This document shows, in pieces, positions 26,555 to 32,000 of a stretch of DNA of 32,000 nt. How positions within the stretch are numbered: position 1 is the first letter of the stretch; each line of letters opens with the position of its first letter. The stretch is taken from NCBI RefSeq assembly GCF_001457595.1, contig NZ_LN831039.1, forward strand, positions 6,240,001 to 6,272,000, given 5' to 3'. The translations under genes were made by a program, and so were the position numbers. The stretch is from Mycolicibacterium smegmatis (GTDB taxonomy: Bacteria > Actinomycetota > Actinomycetes > Mycobacteriales > Mycobacteriaceae). The notes under the pieces are model-generated. The model searched no databases and was not told where the DNA came from. It saw nothing but the letters and a program-made list of their open reading frames with translations.

Positions 26555-26579
26555 CACGACTGCCGACATTACAGTCGTG
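26555..26579 (-). promoter_or_regulatory. Inverted repeat CACGACTG-N9-CAGTCGTG enclosing a -10-like TAATGT, upstream of the PucR gene
   Basis: 8-bp perfect arms (26555-26562 and 26572-26579). On the minus strand the loop reads TAATGTCGG, and the TAATGT hexamer lies ~35 nt upstream of GTG 26534. Confidence 0.3.
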
Positions 26580-26666
26580 CGGCCGGTGTCGCGCCCCGAC
26601 AGAACGGCACCAACGCGCGGCCTCCCGCCTGAGCGAACCGTCGGAAGCGTGCCCGCAAACGAACGA

Positions 26667-26685
26667 GCCCGCCTGCTCGGCGGGC
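26667..26685 (-). terminator. Terminator candidate downstream of whiB4
   Basis: GCCCGCC-TGCTC-GGCGGGC hairpin 12 nt after the whiB4 stop, followed on the minus strand by TCGTTCGTTTG. Confidence 0.45.
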
Positions 26686-26697
26686 CCGGTCGGTTTC

Positions 26698-27078
26698 TCA
26701 GACTGCGCTGCGGTGCTTGCGCTGAGCCGCGAAGAAATCGGCCCAGGAGCTCACTTCGGGGTGCTGCTTGAGCAACGCCCGGCGTTGGCGTTCGGTCATG
26801 CCTCCCCACACGCCGAACTCAACTCGATTGTCGAGCGCGTCCGCGCCGCATTCGAGGATCACCGGGCAATGCCGGCAGATCACCGCGGCCTTGCGCTGCG
26901 CCGCGCCGCGGACGAACAGCTCGTCGGGGTCGGCCTGACGGCAGCGCGCCTGCGACACCCACGCGATCCGCGCTTCGGAGTCCCGGTGCTGTGCGGTGTT
27001 CGTGGTCGTAGAGAGAGTGCTCGCCTTACGTGCGACAGTGTGTGTAGCTGACACCAGCGATCCCTTCATTCCAGCCAT
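26698..27078 (-). CDS. whiB4: WhiB-family [4Fe-4S] redox-sensing transcription factor
   Basis: 126 aa. Four Cys (ARC...AAVICRHCPVILEC) and GVWGG followed by a basic tail. Divergent from ponA2 as in M. tuberculosis (Rv3681c). The start may be M4. Confidence 0.9.
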   Translation of the reverse strand: MAGMKGSLVSATHTVARKASTLSTTTNTAQHRDSEARIAWVSQARCRQADPDELFVRGAAQRKAAVICRHCPVILECGADALDNRVEFGVWGGMTERQRRALLKQHPEVSSWADFFAAQRKHRSAV

Positions 27079-27338
27079 CTACCCCTGATGGCGGGCATCA
27101 AGCCCCTCCGGTAGAACGCCTATGCGATCTATGCCACATTGCGCCAAGTGGTGTTACCTGGATCGCACTGTGCATCCAAGCTAGGTGGTCAGAGGGTATT
27201 TACGCAACAGTTTGGAACCCCCTTTTTTGGGACGGCCGTGCAGTCTGCCCCCACAGGTGGCCCCTCGTGGGGTTTTGCCCGAGGTAGGGGGATGCGCCCG
27301 TCGGGCCGCTGGCCCCTGAGGGCTCCCAGCAAGCTCGT

Positions 27339-27344
27339 TACTCT
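27339..27344 (+). promoter_or_regulatory. -10 candidate TACTCT, 6 nt upstream of ponA2 ATG 27351 (leaderless arrangement)
   Basis: Plus strand reads TACTCT-GTATGC-ATG. Confidence 0.35.
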
Positions 27345-27350
27345 GTATGC

Positions 27351-29804
27351 ATGCCGGAGCTGCCGACAGGACCTTCCGCGCAGCCACCGCGGGCGGTCAT
27401 CGTCATCAAGCTCGCTTGGTGCTGCCTTCTCGCAAGTGTGCTCGCGGCCGCTTTGATGTTCCCCGTCGTGGGCGGGTTCGGGCTCATGTCCAACCGCGCC
27501 TCCGACGTCGTGGCCAACGGTTCCGCGGCCCTCGTCGAGGGTGAGGTACCGCAGGTGTCGACCATGGTCGACGCCAAGGGAAACACCATCGCGTGGCTGT
27601 ACTCGCAACGCCGCTTCGAGGTTCCCAGCGAACAAATCGCCAACACCATGAAGCTCGCGATCGTGTCCATCGAGGACAAGCGGTTCGCCGAGCACAACGG
27701 CGTCGACTGGCAGGGCACGCTGACGGGCCTCTCCGGCTATCTGTCCGGCAACCCCGACACCCGCGGCGGATCGACCATCGAACAGCAGTACGTCAAGAAC
27801 TATCAGCTGCTGGTGGTCGCGCAGACCGACGCCGAGCGTCGCGCCGCCATCGAGACCACCCCGGCGCGCAAGCTGCGCGAGATCCGGATGGCGCTCACGC
27901 TCGACAAGACGTTCACCAAGCCCGAGATCCTCACGCGCTATCTCAACCTGGTGTCGTTCGGTAACGGCGCATACGGTATCCAGGACGCCGCCCAGACGTA
28001 CTTCGGCGTCAACGCCTCCGAGCTCAACTGGCAGCAGGCCGCCCTGCTGGCCGGCATGGTGCAGTCCACCAGCGCGCTGAACCCCTACACCAACCCCGAC
28101 GGTGCCCTGGCCCGCCGGAACCTGGTGCTGGACACGATGATCCAGAACATCCCGCAGGAGGCCGAGGCGCTGCGGGCCGCCAAGGAGCAGCCGCTGGGCA
28201 TCCTGCCGCAGCCCAACGAGCTGCCGCGCGGCTGCATCGCCGCGGGCGACCGCGCGTTCTTCTGCGACTACGTGCTGGAGTACCTGGCCCGCGCGGGCAT
28301 CAGCAAGGAGCAGGTGGCCAAGGGCGGCTACCTCATCAAGACGACGCTGGACCCTGACGTGCAGTCCTCGGTCAAGTCGGCCATCGACAGCATCGCGGCT
28401 CCGGACACCCCCGGCGTCGCGAGTGTCATGAGCGTGATCAAGCCAGGCAAGGAGTCCCATCCGGTGCTCGCGATGGCGAGCAACCGTACCTACGGCCTCG
28501 ACACCGAACGCGGCGAGACCATGCAGCCGCAGCCGTTCTCCCTGGTGGGCAACGGTGCGGGCTCGGTGTTCAAGATCTTCACGGTGGCCGCGGCCATGGA
28601 GATGGGCATGGGCATCAACACCCAGCTGCCCGTCCCGGCCCGGTTCGAGGCCAAGGGCCTGGGCAGCGGCGGTGCGCGCGGCTGCCCGCCCGCAACGTGG
28701 TGCGTGCAGAACGCGGGGGGCTACCGCGGGTCGATGAGCGTCACCGATGCGCTGGCCACCTCGCCGAACACCGCGTTCGCCAAGCTCATCTCGCAGATCG
28801 GGGTGCAGCGCGCGGTCGACATGGCGGTCCGGCTGGGCCTGCGGTCCTACGCGCAGCCGGGCACCGCGCGTGACTACGACCCCGAGAGCAGTGAGAGCCT
28901 GGCCGACTTCGTCAAGCGCCAGAACATCGGCTCGTTCACGCTGGGTCCCATCGAGGTCAACGCGCTCGAGCTGTCCAACGTGGCCGCGACACTGGCCTCG
29001 GGCGGCACGTGGTGCCCGCCGAATCCGATCGCGCAGGTGGTGGACCGCAACGGCAACGAGGTCGCCGTCACCACCGAGACCTGCGAGCAGGTGGTTCCCG
29101 AAGGGCTGGCCAACACCCTCGCCAACGCCATGAGCAAGGACGACACCGGCTCCGGCACCGCGGCGGCCTCCGCCGGCTCGGTGGGCTGGAACCTGCCGAT
29201 GTCCGGCAAGACCGGAACCACCGAGGACAACCGGTCCTCGGCGTTCCTCGGGTTCACCAACCAGTACGCCGCGGCCAACTACATCTACGACGACTCCCCC
29301 AACCCCAGCGAGCTGTGCTCGTTCCCGCTGCGCCAGTGCGGCAGCGGCAACCTGTTCGGCGGTAACGAGCCGGCCCGCACGTGGTTCACCGCGATGAAGC
29401 CGATCGCCGAATCGTTCGGCCCGGTCGCGTTGCCGCCCACCGATCCGCGCTATGTCGACGGCGGGCCGGGCTCGCGCGTGCCGAGCGTGTCGGGGCTCAC
29501 CGAGGAAGCCGCGCGCCAGCGGCTCAAGGAGGCCGGTTTCCAGGTGGCCGATCAGGCCAGCTACGTCAACAGCGGCGCGCGGTCGGGCACCGTCGTCGGC
29601 ACCACCCCCAGCGGGCAGACCATCCCCGGCTCGATCATCACGATCCAGCTGAGCAACGGCATCCCGCCGCCACCGCCGCCGCCGGTGAACATCCCGCTCC
29701 CGGGTGGTCCGCCCGAGATCGGCCAGACGGTGGTCGAGATCCCCGGCCTGCCGCCCATCACGGTGCCGGTGCTGGGACCGCCTCCGCCGCCGCCACCGCC
29801 GTGA
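27351..29804 (+). CDS. ponA2: Class A penicillin-binding protein (GT51 glycosyltransferase + transpeptidase + PASTA + Pro-rich tail)
   Basis: 817 aa. TM anchor. GT51 motifs EDKRFAEHNG, GGSTIEQQ, RKLREI. Transpeptidase motifs GSVFK (SxxK), SPN, SGKTGT. PASTA-like VPSVSGLTEEAARQRLKEAGFQV...ITIQLSNG. C-terminal poly-Pro tail. Confidence 0.95.
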   Translation: MPELPTGPSAQPPRAVIVIKLAWCCLLASVLAAALMFPVVGGFGLMSNRASDVVANGSAALVEGEVPQVSTMVDAKGNTIAWLYSQRRFEVPSEQIANTMKLAIVSIEDKRFAEHNGVDWQGTLTGLSGYLSGNPDTRGGSTIEQQYVKNYQLLVVAQTDAERRAAIETTPARKLREIRMALTLDKTFTKPEILTRYLNLVSFGNGAYGIQDAAQTYFGVNASELNWQQAALLAGMVQSTSALNPYTNPDGALARRNLVLDTMIQNIPQEAEALRAAKEQPLGILPQPNELPRGCIAAGDRAFFCDYVLEYLARAGISKEQVAKGGYLIKTTLDPDVQSSVKSAIDSIAAPDTPGVASVMSVIKPGKESHPVLAMASNRTYGLDTERGETMQPQPFSLVGNGAGSVFKIFTVAAAMEMGMGINTQLPVPARFEAKGLGSGGARGCPPATWCVQNAGGYRGSMSVTDALATSPNTAFAKLISQIGVQRAVDMAVRLGLRSYAQPGTARDYDPESSESLADFVKRQNIGSFTLGPIEVNALELSNVAATLASGGTWCPPNPIAQVVDRNGNEVAVTTETCEQVVPEGLANTLANAMSKDDTGSGTAAASAGSVGWNLPMSGKTGTTEDNRSSAFLGFTNQYAAANYIYDDSPNPSELCSFPLRQCGSGNLFGGNEPARTWFTAMKPIAESFGPVALPPTDPRYVDGGPGSRVPSVSGLTEEAARQRLKEAGFQVADQASYVNSGARSGTVVGTTPSGQTIPGSIITIQLSNGIPPPPPPPVNIPLPGGPPEIGQTVVEIPGLPPITVPVLGPPPPPPPP

Positions 29805-29843
29805 TGCGGACGGCGATGCGCGGGCTGTGGATTTGCCCACTCT

Positions 29844-29884
29844 GAGCTGTCACGGACCGGCCAAGGATCGATCCGTGACAGCTC
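29844..29884 (+). terminator. Hairpin downstream of ponA2 (terminator candidate, no U-tract)
   Basis: Perfect 13-bp inverted repeat GAGCTGTCACGGA / TCCGTGACAGCTC with a 15-nt loop that contains the palindrome GGATCGATCC. Confidence 0.55.
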
Positions 29885-29891
29885 GGGGCAG

Positions 29892-29897
29892 TAGGCT
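29892..29897 (+). promoter_or_regulatory. -10 candidate TAGGCT, 6 nt upstream of ATG 29904 (leaderless arrangement)
   Basis: Plus strand reads TAGGCT-GCGAGC-ATG. Confidence 0.4.
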
Positions 29898-29903
29898 GCG
29901 AGC

Positions 29904-30890
29904 ATGTCCGCCGTTTCGCTCGTCAAGACCGCCGTCAAGACAGCCCCGGTGATCAAGAAGGCTGCCGCCATCACCGCAGGGTCGCTTGTCGCCGGGGTCG
30001 GTTATGCATCCCTCATCGAGCGGAACGCGTTCGTACTCCGCGAAGCGACCATGCCGGTGCTGGCGCCGGGCTCGACACCGCTGCGCGTGCTGCACATCAG
30101 CGACCTGCACATGCGTCCCAACCAGCGGCGCAAGCAGGCATGGTTGCGGGACCTGGCTCGGCTGGAGCCGGATCTGGTGGTCAACACCGGTGACAACCTG
30201 GCCCATCCGAAGGCCGTGCCCGCGGTCGTGCAGTCGCTGAGCGAGTTGCTCTCGGTGCCCGGCCTGTTCGTGTTCGGCAGCAACGACTACTTCGGTCCGC
30301 GGCCCAAGAACCCGCTGAACTACGTCACCAAGCCGCAGCACCGCACCCAGGGTGAGGCGTTGCCGTGGCAGGACCTGCGTGCGGCGTTCACCGAGCGCGG
30401 CTGGCTAGACCTGACCCACACGCGCCGCGACCTCGAGGTTGCCGGGCTGCACCTGTCGGTGGCCGGTGTGGACGATCCGCACCTCAAGCGGGACCGCTAC
30501 GACACCGTCGCCGGTCCCGCGAACGCCGCGGCGAACCTGACGCTGGGGCTCACGCACTCCCCCGAGCCGCGCGTGCTCGACCGGTTTGCCGCCGACGGCT
30601 ATCAGCTGGTGCTCGCCGGGCATACGCACGGTGGTCAGCTGTGCCTGCCGTTCTACGGCGCGCTCGTCACCAACTGCGAACTCGACCGCTCGCGTGCCAA
30701 GGGCGCGTCGCGCTGGGGCGCCGACATGCAGCTGCACGTCTCCGCGGGCATCGGCACGTCGCCGTACGCCCCGGTACGTTTCTGCTGTCGTCCCGAGGCG
30801 ACGCTGCTGACGCTGGTGGCCGCGCCCACCGGAGGGGGCAACGCGGGGACCAGGGCCGGCACGTCGTCGCCGTCGGTGTCCGCGCGCTGA
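29904..30890 (+). CDS. Membrane-anchored calcineurin-like metallophosphoesterase; Rv3683-like
   Basis: 328 aa. N-terminal TM segment. Motifs [26 protein letters not shown]. Confidence 0.85.
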   Translation: MSAVSLVKTAVKTAPVIKKAAAITAGSLVAGVGYASLIERNAFVLREATMPVLAPGSTPLRVLHISDLHMRPNQRRKQAWLRDLARLEPDLVVNTGDNLAHPKAVPAVVQSLSELLSVPGLFVFGSNDYFGPRPKNPLNYVTKPQHRTQGEALPWQDLRAAFTERGWLDLTHTRRDLEVAGLHLSVAGVDDPHLKRDRYDTVAGPANAAANLTLGLTHSPEPRVLDRFAADGYQLVLAGHTHGGQLCLPFYGALVTNCELDRSRAKGASRWGADMQLHVSAGIGTSPYAPVRFCCRPEATLLTLVAAPTGGGNAGTRAGTSSPSVSAR

Positions 30891-30898
30891 CGCCGTCG

Positions 30899-31996
30899 AT
30901 GACGGTCTCCACGGTCTCGCGCAGTGGTCCGCGCGAGTGGGTGGACAACGCCGTTCGGCTCATCGAGGCCGACGCCACCCGCAGCGCCGACACCCACCTG
31001 CTCCGGTACCCGCTGCCCGCGGCGTGGTGCGACGACGTCGACGTGGCGCTGTACCTCAAGGACGAGTCCACGCACATCACCGGCAGCCTCAAGCACCGGC
31101 TGGCGCGGTCGCTGTTCCTCTACGGCCTGTGCAACGGCTGGATCTGCGAGGGCACGACGATCATCGAGGCCTCGTCGGGCTCCACGGCCGTGTCCGAGGC
31201 GTACTTCGCGGCGCTGCTGGGCCTACCGTTCATCGCGGTGATGACGGCGTCGACCAGCCCGTCGAAGATCGCGCTGATCGAAGCACAGGGCGGCCGTTGC
31301 CATTTCGTCGAGAAGTCGTCTGAGGTGTACGAGGAGGCGCAGCGGCTGGCCGACGAGACCGGCGGCCACTACCTCGACCAGTTCACCAACGCCGAACGCG
31401 CCACCGACTGGCGCGGCAACAACAACATCGCGGTGTCGATCTACGAGCAGATGCGGCTGGAGAGGCACCCGATCCCGGAATGGATCGTGGTGGGTGCGGG
31501 CACCGGCGGCACCAGCGCGACCATCGGCCGGTTCATCCGCTACCGCAGGCACGCCACCAGGCTGTGCGTCGTGGATCCCGAGAACTCGGCGTTCTACCCG
31601 AGTTACGCGCAGGGGCGCCCGGTGGAGACCGGCGCGTCGTCACGTATCGAGGGCATCGGCAGGCCGCGCGTGGAGCCGTCGTTCATGCCCGAGGTGGTCG
31701 ACCGCATGATCGCGGTGCCCGATGCCGCGTCGGTCGCGGCCGCGCACTACGCCAGCAATGTGCTGGGGCGGCGGGTGGGACCGTCCACCGGCACCAACCT
31801 GTGGGGTGCGTTCGGGTTGCTCGCCGAGATGATGCGTGAGGGACGCAGCGGATCGGTGGTGACGTTGATCGCCGACAGCGGCGACCGATACACCGACACC
31901 TACTTCGACGCCGACTGGTTGGCCAGCCAGGGGCTCGACCCCTCCGGGCCTGCGGAGATCCTCACGGAATTCGAACGTTCCGGCTCCTGGTCGTGA
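30899..31996 (+). CDS. Fold-type II PLP enzyme of the cysteine synthase/CBS family; Rv3684-like
   Basis: 365 aa from ATG 30899, 8 nt after the upstream stop. PLP-Lys context [12 protein letters not shown], GxGTGGT loop [14 protein letters not shown]. The upstream part of track ORF 30365-31996 overlaps the phosphoesterase gene and is rejected. Confidence 0.85.
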   Translation: MTVSTVSRSGPREWVDNAVRLIEADATRSADTHLLRYPLPAAWCDDVDVALYLKDESTHITGSLKHRLARSLFLYGLCNGWICEGTTIIEASSGSTAVSEAYFAALLGLPFIAVMTASTSPSKIALIEAQGGRCHFVEKSSEVYEEAQRLADETGGHYLDQFTNAERATDWRGNNNIAVSIYEQMRLERHPIPEWIVVGAGTGGTSATIGRFIRYRRHATRLCVVDPENSAFYPSYAQGRPVETGASSRIEGIGRPRVEPSFMPEVVDRMIAVPDAASVAAAHYASNVLGRRVGPSTGTNLWGAFGLLAEMMREGRSGSVVTLIADSGDRYTDTYFDADWLASQGLDPSGPAEILTEFERSGSWS

Positions 31997-32000
31997 TCCG

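Noticed and set aside
27123-27185. 20-codon ORF MRSMPHCAKWCYLDRTVHPS in the whiB4-ponA2 spacer (CxxxC), and an 8-codon ORF at 27088
   Set aside because: AT-rich third codon positions, and no SD or leaderless-type promoter. Probably non-coding.
27189-29840. 883-aa ORF on the minus strand, the longest ORF in the window
   Set aside because: It is exactly antisense to ponA2, whose product has complete GT51, transpeptidase and PASTA motifs. The antisense product is Arg/Gly/Ala/Asp-rich low-complexity sequence with no recognisable motif. This is a typical shadow ORF of a high-GC gene (stop codons are rare in the antisense frame).
29561-29974. Gly-rich 137-aa minus-strand ORF
   Set aside because: It is the complement of the ponA2 poly-Pro tail and crosses the ponA2 terminator hairpin and the next gene's promoter.

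Overview
High-GC (~67%) actinobacterial chromosome segment, almost certainly Mycolicibacterium (Mycobacterium) smegmatis-like. By eye it is syntenic with M. tuberculosis Rv3660c-Rv3684. Gene order: ssd (partial, not in the ORF track) / 6C sRNA / HAD phosphatase / Ms1 (MTS2823-type, 6S-like sRNA) / [IclR + dgoK-dgoA-dgoD-dgoT galactonate operon] / Rv3662c-like / acs / secreted S1 protease / Holin-X-type membrane protein / ephE / nth-tlpA-like-nudix-marP operon / Rv3675-like / crp / DUF4177-RidA-MBL operon / two ArsA-like ATPases / [PucR regulator - fold-III PLP decarboxylase - APC permease - cytoplasmic class-A beta-lactamase-fold protein] / whiB4 / ponA2 / metallophosphoesterase / CysK-like PLP enzyme. 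I support 37 CDS (one partial at the left edge, one 53-aa gene below the ORF-track cutoff), 2 ncRNAs, several hairpin terminators, and a recurring TANNNT + 6-7 nt + start-codon arrangement that suggests leaderless transcripts. I saw no rRNA, tRNA, CRISPR array, transposase, integrase or phage genes. The many long ORFs antisense to these genes, including an 883-aa one opposite ponA2, are GC-rich shadow ORFs. I do not see a clear novel defence or mobile system. The best candidates for undescribed biology are: (i) the four-gene accessory cassette at 21169-26534, including a signal-peptide-less class A beta-lactamase-fold protein that seems to lack Glu166; (ii) the ssd/6C control region with two perfect DnaA-box 9-mers; (iii) a near-consensus CRP operator overlapping the putative leaderless acs promoter. 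All homology calls are by-eye motif recognition and remembered synteny. No database search was run.
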